Shown here piece by piece: positions 1-13,103 of a stretch of 64,000 nucleotides of DNA. The number at the start of each line of letters is the position of its first letter. Position 1 is the stretch's first letter. The stretch is from Eledone cirrhosa. Its lineage: Eukaryota. Location: the NCBI GenBank assembly GCA_964016885.1, contig OZ024746.1:95108001-95172000 (forward strand), read 5' to 3'. The notes below the pieces were generated by a model. It worked only from the letters and a program-made list of their open reading frames with translations. It did not search any database and was not told the origin of the DNA. A program made the translations under genes and the position numbers.

Positions 1-965
<965 letters not shown>

Positions 966-1212
966 ATGTGTTATATAACTAATTTCCTCCTGATTACAGC
1001 CAGAGAAAGATGGCCTCTTCAACCACGTAAAGAATAAATACTATTGTTTTCTTTACTTTCATTAATTAATTTGCCAACCTTTGTGTTTTCCATTGTTTTT
1101 ACTGTAATCTGTGTGTTGTGTTCTTGAGTAATATGAAATGGAATGGTCCTCCGTCGGTTTCGAGATTGTGTCTTCCAGTTGTTCGATCCAAAAAACAGTC
1201 TACTCGTGAAAT

Positions 1213-1566
1213 GTCCTTGGCCCTAGGACCACTTCCCTACTCACCACCATCGGCACCCCATAACAGTGGAGACTTCTGGTCTCATTGGCTCTAGGACCAC
1301 CTCTCTACTTACCACCCTCGGCACCCTGTAGCAGTAGAGACTTCTGGTGTCCTTGGCCCTAGGACCACCTCCCTACTCACCACCATCAGTGGAGACTTCT
1401 GGTGTCCTTGGCCCTAGGACCACCTCCCTACTCACCACCATCAGCACCCGTAGCAGTGGAAACTTCTGGTGTCCTTGGCCCTAGGACCACCTCCCTACTC
1501 ACCACCATCAGCACCCCGTAGCAGTGGAGACTTCTGGTGTCCTTGGCCCTACTCACCACCATCGGC
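1213..1566. repeat. Minisatellite, ~66-bp unit, ~5 copies (some internally deleted)
   Basis: Recurring gtccttggccctaggaccacctccctactcaccaccatc...gcagtggagacttctggt. Confidence 0.9.
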
Positions 1567-2034
1567 ATGGAGTTGGCTGCACGCAAGTGCGAGCCTCGTG
1601 AGACTCTTCCAACGCGTATCTCCATCACCATCCTCCAGGGAAACACCCTCTCTATTCTGTCCGCCGGCTCCGCGGGGCGGCCAGCGAGTGGGTCCCCATT
1701 TGCTTGTAATAGTGAGAGATGGGGAGAGCGAGAGAGAGGGATGTAGTGACCAAACCAGTTTGCTGAAGTATTTTGTAGAGTTAAAGGTTAAGTGATTTTA
1801 CACCAACACCAGTACCATCTTCTGTCACGAACATTTTGTCCGCGGGGCTCAGCCCAAACACCTCCCCATCCCAAACCCAGAGCCCATCACCCTCTCCCCT
1901 TCCCTGTCTGTTTTTTATACAACCTTATTTACGGCGGTTGTTACTTGGTAGGACTTGTAAAAATCGGTATCATTACTAACATTTACTGTTTTTTGTTTAA
2001 TTCTTCATGTAGAATATATTTTCTGCGGGGTAGC

Positions 2035-2250
2035 CCAAACACCGCCCCGCTCAAGACTCGGAGTCCATCACCCTCTCCCCCTCCCTTTCTTCTGTGGCCC
2101 AATAATCCTTTCTTTTCCCCTCCTTTTCCTCTGATTTATGGTATTTATAGTCCCTTCCCCTACTTTCCCATACAACCAGATCTGCCCTGCTTTACCCCTT
2201 CCCGTTTTTCTCATTACTTAATTTTCTTTTTAATATTTCCATCATAACTT
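2035..2250 (+). repeat. Dispersed unclassified repeat; second copy inverted at ~23230-23450
   Basis: ttttcccctccttttcctctgatttatggtatttatagtcccttcccctactttcccatacaaccagatctg matches the reverse complement of ~23330-23420. Confidence 0.7.
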
Positions 2251-2287
2251 CTTTTTCATTTGAATGTTTATTTGTTTTTATTTTATA

Positions 2288-3490
2288 CTAGCAGTGTATC
2301 CCGGCGTTGCACGGGTAAGAACATTGGTAATAGCACCTCCAATGAGAAACGTTTATTTGTGAGTGCCTGTTAAAAACTCACGAAAATATACCGACAGAAA
2401 ACTTATTTTATTTGGAGAAAATTAAGAAGTTGAAAGTACAATTTAGCTGTCTACGTGCATTGTTCATAGAAATATTGTTGAGCCCCTTTTTTTCATACTC
2501 CTTCTGTGACAGTTGTCCCCCGGCGTTTCCACTCTGTTTTGGCCTATTGGAGTAAATGTGAAAGAGAAAGTCACAGGTTCAGTTGGCAGAAAGTTCCAGT
2601 GCAATAGCAGTAAGGCGTAGGGTACTTACCTCAAAAGTCCATTCGCACTCTTTCCACTAAGTTACTCATTCTCTCTATCCCTCTCGGTGCAGTCCCTTGC
2701 GAATTTCTCGCGTAGGACTGGTGTAGATTTGCACCCGATCCATCTGCCCGATGCACATCTCCGTTTTGTATGGCTTATGGAGGAAGGAGTGACCAGCAGT
2801 ACGTTGTTCGGTATTATTACGAAAAGATGTAGCAGAGAATCCCGTGTGAACTAACAGCTCGGGAGGAAACTGCTTACCTTGAAGATAAATTCGCCATCGT
2901 TCTTGTCAACGCTCCGTTTAGTTGGTATTTGTTGGTCTACAGTTAGATGAATGGCGCACAAAGGGTTAATGTTTATTGGCAAGAAGTGCAACTGAGCTGA
3001 CTTGCCTCGCTTATATTATATATTAAAATAACATATTAAAGTTTAAGCAAAGAATCGCTGCTTTCACCCTTAACGGGATCTTCTGAAACTAAAAAAATCA
3101 ATCTGTGAACGCAGAAGTAAATATTTCGAAAAACGTTGCAACCGAAGGAAAACAGGAAGACGATACTTTGGTTCGTGAAGACGTTCCCTGGCAATGAACG
3201 GAAAATAGCGAACATAATACGTCATCAATGTTTGTCATAATGTCGTAATGCAGACAGCCAGGTATACAGACAGTTATTATAAGGGCGCGACGGGGCTGGA
3301 TAACCGGCGCCTAACACCCCTTTAACAACAAATTGAAAAATATAAGCTGCAGTTAATATCTTTAGACCGCAAGGAATATATAAAAGCAAGTTTGAAGTTA
3401 ATCGGAGTAGAAATGTGGATTTGTATAGACTTTGCAAAAATGAAGACACACACACACAGAGACAACTACAGTTTTATATATATGTATAGA
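2288..3490 (-). mobile_element. Non-autonomous Helitron
   Basis: On the minus strand it starts with TC after an A (3490) and ends with GC hairpin cccgtgcaacgccggg then CTAG followed by T (2288). This is the A^T target with no TSD. Termini are shared with copies ending at 25137 and 32397. Confidence 0.8.
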
Positions 3491-3532
3491 TATATGCTCT
3501 GTGATATTGTAAAACTACTGTGGAAATAAAGT

Positions 3533-3737
3533 ACAGTGTGTTCACTTTTTACGCGAAAATGCGTTCGTGAACGCGTAATTCAAGTCGCTTATTTCTGATA
3601 AATAAATAAAAAAAATGAAAAACCACACACGTTATAGCGCGTTATTCGCGCAAAGTGAATATTTAATAATATTTTTTCTGGAGGCGTTAAAGCGAATTCG
3701 CGTAATTCAAGTTCACGTAAAAAGCGAACAGACTGAA
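3533..3737. mobile_element. Tc1/mariner-type MITE
   Basis: TIRs cagtgtgttcactttttacgcgaa / ttcacgtaaaaagcgaacagactg with TA at the left flank. Second copy at ~36801-37145. Confidence 0.7.
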
Positions 3738-3896
3738 TTTTATCATCAGTAACTGAGTATTCCACAAACACGTGTACTCAACGTAATTTTCAGAGTGATT
3801 GAGCGAGACAGAATGTGTGAAAAGGCTGCCCCTTTGAATTACAGTACATCCAACGGGTTTCCAAACAATTTCCGTCTTCACAATGTCACTCACAAT

Positions 3897-4060
3897 CAAG
3901 GCCGGATTTAATGGGAAGCAAAGGGGGCAATTGCTCCGGGCCCCTGGGTGGGTTGGGGGGGGGGGCACCAGCGTCGGCCGTAGCAACTCATTTCTGCCCT
4001 CAGCCGGGCTTTTTAGTTTTAGTATGGTTAGAATTTTTGGATTTAATACCTGTGTATATA
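3897..4060 (+). mobile_element. Partial hAT-like MITE (left end)
   Basis: caaggccggatttaatggg...tttagttttagtatggttaga is homologous to the TSD-flanked element at 54378-54676. Confidence 0.6.
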
Positions 4061-4217
4061 CCTCAGTCCTCAGACAATCCTTCCATGGGTCCAGTCAGAA
4101 GTAACCGCTGAATCCAGCTGAACTTCTCCAGCTGAATCCTCAGGCGAGACCAGCCAAGCTTATGGATGTTATCCAAAAGATAAGAATATTTTTAATAACT
4201 TATTTCTATGATATAAT

Positions 4218-4440
4218 TACTCTCGGGTCCCAGACAATAGGTGGGGTGGAAAATCTGTAATTTTTCTTGGTTGTCTCCGTTGCGTTTTTTTTTTTTGTCT
4301 TTTAAACCAAAATTTCGCCGGAGATAGATTAACAAAATTTAATAGGCAGAGGTGGGGGGGGGGATAAGAGTGAGGTAAGGATCTGAGAAATTAATAAGCG
4401 ATGGTGGGGGGGGGGGGGGGTTATTCGGTACCCGAAAGTA
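4218..4440. mobile_element. Tc1/mariner-type MITE
   Basis: Ends tactctcgggt...acccgaaagta with TA flanks. Related copies at ~20103-20442 and ~63450-63790 (minus). Confidence 0.65.
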
Positions 4441-4534
4441 CATAAATGTTCCTCATATATGTACTAATGACGAGGATTGAATAACTGAATAACTTTGGAG
4501 AAATAACTATTTACAGGGACAAATGCAGGAATAT

Positions 4535-4653
4535 TCTGAGTTCAAATCCCTCCGAGGTTAACTTTGCCTTTCATCCTTACGGGGTCGATAAAATAAAGTA
4601 CCAGTAATACACTGAGGTAATTGCTGGCCTTGTGCCAACAGTAGAAACAATTA
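4535..4653 (+). mobile_element. tRNA-derived SINE family A, 5'-truncated
   Basis: B-box gagttcaaatcc followed by the family body gaggttaactttgcctttcatccttacggggtcgataaaataaagtaccagt; more than 10 copies in the window. Confidence 0.85.
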
Positions 4654-4704
4654 TAGGACTGGTGTTCATGTTGGGAATGGTTTTCATAATTATGCAGAAT
4701 CTGT

Positions 4705-5420
4705 GGTGATAAAGGTGGTGTGGGGGAGGTAGAGATGGAAGTGGTGTGAGGGAGGTGGGGGTGGAGGTAGAGGTGGTAGTGGTGTGAGTGGTGAGAAGGG
4801 GGGGGGGGTAGATTGTGGTGGTAGATGATGGTGGTGGAGGTGAGATGGTTGATTTAGTGTTGTGGTAGTAGTGTGAGTGGTGGTGGTGATGGTGTGGTGT
4901 GGTGGTGAGGGTGTGGAGGTGGTGGTGTGGAGGTGGTGGCAGTGGTGGTGGTGGTGTTGGTGGTGGTGGTGGTGTTGATTGTGGTGGTAGTGGTGGTGTT
5001 GATGGTGGTGGTAGTGGTGGTGGTGGTGGTGTTGATGGTTGTGGTGGTGGTGGTGTTGATGGTTGTGGTGGTGGTGGTGTTGATGGTTGTGGTAGTGGTG
5101 GTGTTGATGGTGGTGGTGTTGATGGTGGTGGTAGTGGTAGTGTTGATAGTGGTGGTGGTGGTGGTGGTGTTTGATGGTGGTAGTGGTGGTGGTGGTGGTG
5201 GTGTTAGTTTTGGTAATGGTGGTGTTCAGAGCGCCTCAAGGATTATTTCTGTCAAGAGAATACAGCAACAGTAGTAGTAGTAGTAATAGTAGAAGCAGTA
5301 GTAGTAGTAGCAGTAGTAATAGTAGCAGTAGTAATAGTAGTAGCAGCAGCAGTAGTAATAGTAGCAGGAGTAGTAGTAGTAGTAGTAGTAGTAGTAGATA
5401 TCTATGTCATAATAACAATA
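4705..5420. repeat. (GGT)n/(GAT)n then (AGT)n trinucleotide low-complexity tract
   Basis: Directly visible; explains the poly-G/V/S/Y ORFs. Confidence 0.95.
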
Positions 5421-5756
5421 ATTGATGTGACAATGGTAATATAGTAGCAATGTATGGTGGGTGGGTTTACTGCATGTCATAATCTGATTAGACGCCAGAA
5501 TCGGTAGAGTGCCAGTATAAACGTTTTGTGATATTTAATTACATCTTTTCTTTTTTACGTTCTTAGTTCCAATCCTTCCTTTCATCTTTCCAGCATTGAC
5601 GTATTATACTAAAGCCTGTGTAACTGTAGCGTAAAAAGTCTGCCTCAATGTAGAAAGGGGATTCTAAGAGTGTCTGGTTTCTTTTTTATTTCATGTTTTT
5701 TATAGAAATCAAAAGGTGTTAAACGTATGAGCGTGCAAGAAGGAGAGCGGCTCCGA

Positions 5757-6280
5757 CAGTGGTGATGGACATTAGGTGGAGTGAATCAGTGGTGGTGTGG
5801 TGGACATTAGGTGGAGTGAATCAATGGTGGTGTGGTGGACATTAAGTTGAGTGAATCAGTGGTGGTGTGGTGGACATTAGGTGGAGTGAATCAGTGGTGG
5901 TGTGGTGGACATTAAGTTGAGTGAATCAATGGTGGTGTGGTGGACATTAGGTAGAGTGAATCAGTGGTGGTGTGGTGGACATTAGGTGGAGTGAATCAGT
6001 GGTGGTGTGGTCGACATTAGGTGGAGTGAATCAATGGTGGTGTGGTGGACATTAAGTTGAGTGAATCAATGGTGGTGTGGTGGACATTAGGTAGAGTGGA
6101 TCAATGGTGGTGTGGTGGACATTAGGTGGAGTGAATCAATGGTGGTGTGGTGGACATTAAGTTGAGTGAATCAATGGTGGTGTGGTGGACATTAGGTGGA
6201 GTGAATCAATGGTGGTGTGGTGGACATTAAGTTGAGTGAATCAATGGTGGTGTGGTGGACATTAGGTAGAGTGGATCAGA
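5757..6280. repeat. 35-bp minisatellite, ~15 copies
   Basis: Unit ggtggtgtggtggacattaggtggagtgaatca(g/a)t; consecutive starts at 5791 and 5826. Confidence 0.95.
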
Positions 6281-6974
6281 AGATTTGTGGAAGAATGTAA
6301 CAGCAGGCCTTTTATTGTATTAGAAAGTCTCGTCTCATATTACAATAAATTTAAATTTTAAATAAACAACTCATTGGGCATTATTTCGTGGGCCGTCGGT
6401 TGCTGACCCGTGAGCTAAAGGCAATGTTGATCTCGATAGGATTTGAACCCTGAGCACAGTGAATCAGAACAAATGACGAAGTATTTTTTTTTTCAAATTG
6501 ACGTTAATACGACTGTGTACAATTCACCGCATTATGAGAATTATACACACAGAAAAATATCTGCAAAAAAGAAAATCAAAGATCTCTCAATATTATAAAA
6601 GACAAGGTGATTTTCGTCTCTGTGTCCGTCACAACAAATTGTCGGGTTCCAAATAATACTGGCGGCGGGGGGGGGGGGGGGGGGAATAAGTGGTGGGGGG
6701 AAAATCAGTAAGTTTTCTATAGTCTGCGTTGATCTTTTAAAAACCAATTCAGTTTTCATGCCAACCCTTACCTATTGTCATGGGTAAAGAACAAAAGAAT
6801 ACGATCGCGAATACAAGCGACCGAAAAGGGATTCCTCCGAAGGGTTATTGGAGTGACGTTACTCGATAGAGTACCTTAGAGAGTCACTCTAGCAAAAAAA
6901 AATTATAAATAAATACTACAGCAATATGACAGAGCGAGAAATATATATGTACACAGTGTGTGTGTGTGTGTGTG

Positions 6975-7442
6975 TTAATATAAAGCTAAAGATTAACGAA
7001 AAGGAGACCATTTACGCTGAATGAAGAATCTGCAGATACTTCAACTTAACTATACGTTTTAGATTTGTACCTGTGATAAATAGGGCTCTTGGATATATTA
7101 CAAAGTGCCTTAGTACAAATCTTGAGAATCTGGGCTTCAGAGAACCAGAAAGGGTTCGGCTAGTTAGGAAGTTACAATTACAGTCCATTAATGGAACTGA
7201 AAAAATATGTAAAACATTTCAGAAATTCTACATGTAATAACTGCCTATACACATGTATAGATGCAAAAACATATGCACGTGTACATATAATTCAAAACAT
7301 ACAGATCCACACATACAATAACACACATATCTGTACAGACACATTCCTCCACACACACACACACACACATACACACACATACATTTACCTAGTTGATGTC
7401 TAAATTCCAATGAAAATGTCGTGTGTCTACGTTAGAAAACCA
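6975..7442 (+). mobile_element. 3' fragment of RLE-type (R4/Dong-like) non-LTR retrotransposon
   Basis: Homologous to ~62370-62800 (acaaatcttgaga...ggcttcagag...ctagttaggaa...tccattaatggaac...atatgtaaaacattt and the same 3'UTR). Confidence 0.8.
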
Positions 7443-7473
7443 ACTCTCTTGCGATTTGTAAAAATCTATAAAA

Positions 7474-7947
7474 TAATTGTTTCTACTTTTGGCACAAGGC
7501 CAGCAATTACCCAGTGTATTACTGGTTAACCTCGGCCGGATTTGAACTCAGAATGGAAAGGGCCGTAACTCTTTGCGTCAAAGCATGGCGTCCGACCCTC
7601 TACCGATACTGTCAATCCAAAAACAATAGTATCTGATATAGGCACAAGGCCAACAATTTTGGGAGAAAGAAAAGTGGATTAAATCGATTCCAGCACGTTA
7701 CTGGTACTTTATTTTATCGACCCTGTAAGTAGCAAAGGAAAAGCTAACCTCGGCGGGATTTGAACTCAGGACGCAAAAATAAGGGTTTCTGGTTTAGGCA
7801 CAGGCCAACAATTTTTTTTTTTTGGGGGGGGGGGGGAATAAAGTCGATTATATCGACCCTAGTGTGTTACTGGTACTTTATTTCATCGACACCGTAAGGA
7901 TGAAAGGCAAAGCTAACCTCGGCGGGATTTAAACTCAGAACGTAAAA
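7474..7947 (-). mobile_element. Three tandem SINE family A copies
   Basis: Three blocks ggcacaaggcc...actggtactttattt...aacctcggcgggatttgaactcag, the reverse complement of family A. Confidence 0.85.
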
Positions 7948-8039
7948 TAATGAAACCAAAAGAACATACATGGTTGCATGCATCCATGTATAACGAAGAG
8001 ATATATAGATAGATAAACTAATACAATACATAAACTGAG

Positions 8040-8095
<56 letters not shown>

Positions 8096-8564
8096 GAAAA
8101 GTATAGAAATTGTTGTAGCGAGAAGCTAACAGTATTCCATATATATAAAGTGAAATAAAAATTAGTGCAAGAAACCAGGACTATCCATCATCAGTGATCT
8201 TCTGGCTATCATCGGTATTTCTTCGCATTAAAGACCAGATACCTCAAGTCAGCGCGAGCAATAACTAAAATAAGTTATTGGGATAAAAAGAATTGGGTGG
8301 AGAAAGAGAGACATGTAAACAAACAAAATGGTAAAGCAACGTAAAGAGAGAAAAATGAGAAATCAAGTCAGTAATACATTGTGAACTTAAGTTCTAGCAA
8401 ATCAATGACGAGAAGAAGGACGCGCCCAAACCTCGCGAAATGTGAGCGAGAAAAGGATTTCACACAGGTCAGACGGGAGGAAGTGAGAGAGGGGAGTAGC
8501 AGAGAGTGAGTGAGTGAAAGTGTGAGGAAGAGGCCAGCCGAGAGAGGGTGACCAACAGAGGGGA

Positions 8565-8606
<42 letters not shown>

Positions 8607-8623
8607 ATTATATATATATTAAG

Positions 8624-8715
8624 ACATATCTGAGGAGCTTCTGATTCCAGAGTCAGGTTCGATCATTAATAGATCGTTCCTTGAGTTGATCGACAGTGAA
8701 ACATATGTAATATGT
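8624..8715 (+). ncRNA. Type-I hammerhead ribozyme candidate with extended, branched stem II
   Basis: Stem I acatat (8624-8629)/atatgt (8710-8715); core CUGAGGA (8630-8636); GAAA (8698-8701); palindromic stem III CATATG; GUA cleavage triplet. Confidence 0.7.
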
Positions 8716-9119
8716 ATATGATGCAACACTGATTCTTGTGGGATACCTAAAGCGTCCGTACGCGGTAGGCCGTTTGAGCACTCGATGCTCTTACAGAGCA
8801 GAGTATGGTATCACATAAGGAACGGAGAATCAGTGTTACGACGAATAACATTTATTAGACATATTACAATCTAGGCACGATCGATGTAATGATCGAATCT
8901 GACTCTGAAATCGCAAGGTCCTCAGATGCGTCTCGATTCTACGAAGCAGATTTTTCAAAATATAGATAGATAGATAGATAGATGGATGGATATACATAGT
9001 TGAACAGGAATACAATCGGGAAAATGTGATTCACAGACAGACATACATGCGGACAGACAGACAGACTAATTTTCAAGGTAGACGAAAAGTAAGAGACAGA
9101 CAGACAGACAAACTGAAAA

Positions 9120-9400
9120 TCCAGATAGACAAAGAAGGAAAGTGAGAGTGATAGAGAGGTATAGAATAAGATAGAGAGGTGGCAAGAGAGAAAAGGAAAG
9201 GAGAAAGGTGATAAAGAAAGGGAGAGAGTAAAGGAAGAGAGAGAAGGGTGATAAAGAAAAGGACAGGAAAACAGAAAGAAAGAGCTAGAGAGAGAGAGGG
9301 GGGAGAGAAAGAGACAAAGACTGATAGAAAGAGAAAAAGGAGGAGAAAGAGAGAGAGATGGAGAGAGAGAGAATCAGAGAGAGAGAGGGGGAGAGAAGGT
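9120..9400. repeat. (GA)-rich polypurine tract
   Basis: Directly visible. Confidence 0.9.
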
Positions 9401-9709
9401 GGTTATTCGGGTTCTAAGTTGTGTGACATAAACGTATTTCGATTGGTTAAAAATTAGGGCTGTTGTAACAATTAAACCCCGATTTGAGGAGTTGAGGTGA
9501 GAGTGAGGAATGTGAAGTAGGCGGAGTAGGCGATAATGGAAGGCCATGTGGAGTGGGGGAGGTGTTTACGCATATTTCCTAATACACAGTGTATAGGGTG
9601 GGGGAGCACTGGGGCAGGGCGGTGTGGTGTAAGGATTGGAGGGCGGGGGTTTTACTCTAGCTGCAATCATCTTCAGTGAAGTGGCAATCACTGCATCACG
9701 TCCACTACA

Positions 9710-10050
9710 TGTGATGATGGTGGTGGTGGTGGTGGTGGTGGTGAGGGTGATGGTGGTGGTGGAAGTGACAGTGGTGGTGGTGGTGGTGGTGGTGGAGGTG
9801 ACGGTGATGGTGGTGACGGTGGTGGTGGAGGTAGTGGTGGTGGTGATGAGGAGGTGGAGGAGAAGGTGGAGGTGAAGGAAGAGGATGGTCGAGGTGACGG
9901 TGACATTGTTGGTGATTATGATGCTAATGGTGATGATAATGGTGGTGATAGTGGTGGTGATGGTAATTGTTGTGCTAACTATGGTGATGATGATGATGAT
10001 GGCGGCGGTGGCGTGGATCGTTGTGGTGCTAATGATGGTGTTGATGATAG
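9710..10050. repeat. (GGT/GAT)n low-complexity tract
   Basis: Directly visible. Confidence 0.9.
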
Positions 10051-10067
10051 GGAAGAGGGGGATACCG

Positions 10068-13000
10068 ACCACCACTACCACCAACACCACTGCCACCAAC
10101 ACCACTACCACCAACACCACTGCCACCAACACCACTACCACCAACACCACTGCCACCAACACCACTGCCACCAACACCACTGCCACCACCACCACTACCA
10201 CCAACACCACTACCACCAACACCACTGCCACCAACACCACTGCCACCAACACCACTGCCACCACCACCACTACCACCAACACCACTACCACCAACACCAC
10301 TGCCACCAACACCACTGCCACCAACACCACTGCCACCACCACCACTACCACCAACACCACTACCACCAACACCACTGCCACCAACACCACTGCCACCAAC
10401 ACCACTGCCACCACCACCACTACCACCAACACCACTACCACCAACACCACTGCCACCAACACCACTACCACCAACACCACTGCCACCAACACCACTACCA
10501 CTGCCACCAACACCACTCCAACCAACACCACTGCCACCAACACCACTGCCACCACCACCACTACCACCAACACCACTACCACCAACACCACTGCCACCAA
10601 CACCACTGCCACCAACACCACTGCCACCACCACCACTACCACCAACACCACTACCACCAACACCACTGCCACCAACACCACTGCCACCAACACCACTACC
10701 ACCAACACCACTACCACCAACACCACTACCACCAACACCACTGCCACCAACACCACTACCACCAACACCACTACCACCAACACCACTACCACCAACACCA
10801 CTGCCACCAACACCACTGCCACCAACACCACTGCCACCACCACCACTACCACCAACACCACTACCACCAACACCACTGCCACCAACACCACTGCCACCAA
10901 CACCACTACCACCAACACCACTACCACCAACACCACTACCACTGCCACCAACACCACTCCAACCAACACCACTACCACCAACACCACTGCCACCAACACC
11001 ACTACCACCAACACCACTACCACCAACACCACTGCCACCAACACCACTGCCACCAACACCACTGCCACCAACACCACTGCCACCAACACCACTACCACCA
11101 ACACCACTACCACCAACACCACTGCCACCAACACCACTGCCACCAACACCACTACCACCAACACCGCTACCACCAACACCACTACCACCAACACCACTGC
11201 CACCAACACCACTGCCACCAACACCACTACCACCAACACCACTACCACCAACACCGCTACCACCAACACCACTGCCACCAACACCACTACCACCAACACC
11301 ACTACCACCAACACCACTGCCACCAACACCACTGCCACCAACACCACTACCACCAACACCACTACCACCAACACCACTACCACCAACACCACTGCCACCA
11401 ACACCACTGCCACCAACACCACTGCCACCACCACCACTACCACCAACACCACTACCACCAACACCACTGCCACCAACACCACTACCACCAACACCACTAC
11501 CACCAACACCACTGCCACCAACACCACTGCCACCAACACCACTGCCACCACCACCACTACCACCAACACCACTACCACCAACACCACTGCCACCAACACC
11601 ACTACCACCAACACCACTGCCACCAACACCACTGCCACCAACACCACTGCCACCAACACCACTGCCACCAACACCACTACCACCAACACCACTACCACTC
11701 CAACCAACACCACTACCACCAACACCACTGCCACCAACACCACTACCACCAACACCACTACCACCAACACCACTGCCACCAACACCACTGCCACCAACAC
11801 CACTACCACCAACACCACTACCACCAACACCACTACCACCAACACCACTGCCACCAACACCACTGCCACCAACACCACTACCACCAACACCGCTACCACC
11901 AACACCACTACCACCAACACCACTGCCACCAACACCACTGCCACCAACACCACTACCACCAACACCACTACCACCAACACCACTACCATCAACACCACTG
12001 CCACCAACACCACTGCCACCAACACCACTACCACCAACACCACTACCACCAACACCACTGCCACCAACACCACTGCCACCAACACCACTGCCACCAACAC
12101 CACTACCACCAACACCACTGCCACCAACACCACTGCCACCAACACCACTACCACCAACACCACTGCCACCAACACCACTGCCACCAACACCACTACCACC
12201 AACACCACTGCCACCAACACCACTGCCACCAACACCACTACCACCAACACCGCTACCACCAACACCACTACCACCAACACCACTGCCACCAACACCACTG
12301 CCACCAACACCACTACCACCAACACCACTACCACCAACACCACTACCATCAACACCACTGCCACCAACACCACTGCCACCAACACCACTACCACCAACAC
12401 CACTACCACCAACACCACTGCCACCAACACCACTGCCACCAACACCACTACCACCAACACCACTGCCACCAACACCACTGCCACCAACACCACTACCACC
12501 AACACCACTGCCACCAACACCACTACCACCAACACCACTGCCACCAACACCACTGCCACCAACACCACTGCCACCAACACCACTGCCACCAACACCACTA
12601 CCACCAACACCACTGCCACCAACACCACTACCACCAACACCACTGCCACCAACACCACTACCACCAACACCACTACCACCAACACCACTACCACCAACAC
12701 CACTGCCACCACCACCACTGCCACCACCACCACTGCCACCAACACCACTGCCACCAACACCACTGCCACCAACACCACTACCACCAACACCACTGCCACC
12801 AACACCACTACCACCAACACCACTACCACCAACACCACTACCACCAACACCACTGCCACCACCACCACTGCCACCACCACCACTGCCACCAACACCACTG
12901 CCACCAACACCACTGCCACCAACACCACTACCACCAACACCACTACCACCAACACCACTGCCACCACCACCACTGCCACCACCACCACTGCCACCAACAC

Positions 13001-13102
13001 CACTGCCACCAACACCACTGCCACCAACACCACTGCCACCACCACCACTACCACCAACACCACTGCCACCACCACCACTGCCACCAACACCACTACCACC
13101 AC
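10068..13102. repeat. 15-bp satellite accaacaccact(a/g)cc, ~200 copies, with higher-order structure
   Basis: Directly visible; rare variants recur at 360-bp spacing. Confidence 0.98.
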
Positions 13103-13103
13103 T

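Noticed and set aside
5757-6280. 35-bp periodic array resembling CRISPR spacing (likewise the 46- and 61-bp arrays)
   Set aside because: Pure tandem repeats without unique spacers; no cas genes; eukaryotic context.
8165-8200. Minus-strand CUGAUGA tgga-tag-tcc (also CUGAUGA at ~59797-59803 minus)
   Set aside because: No GAAA half follows.
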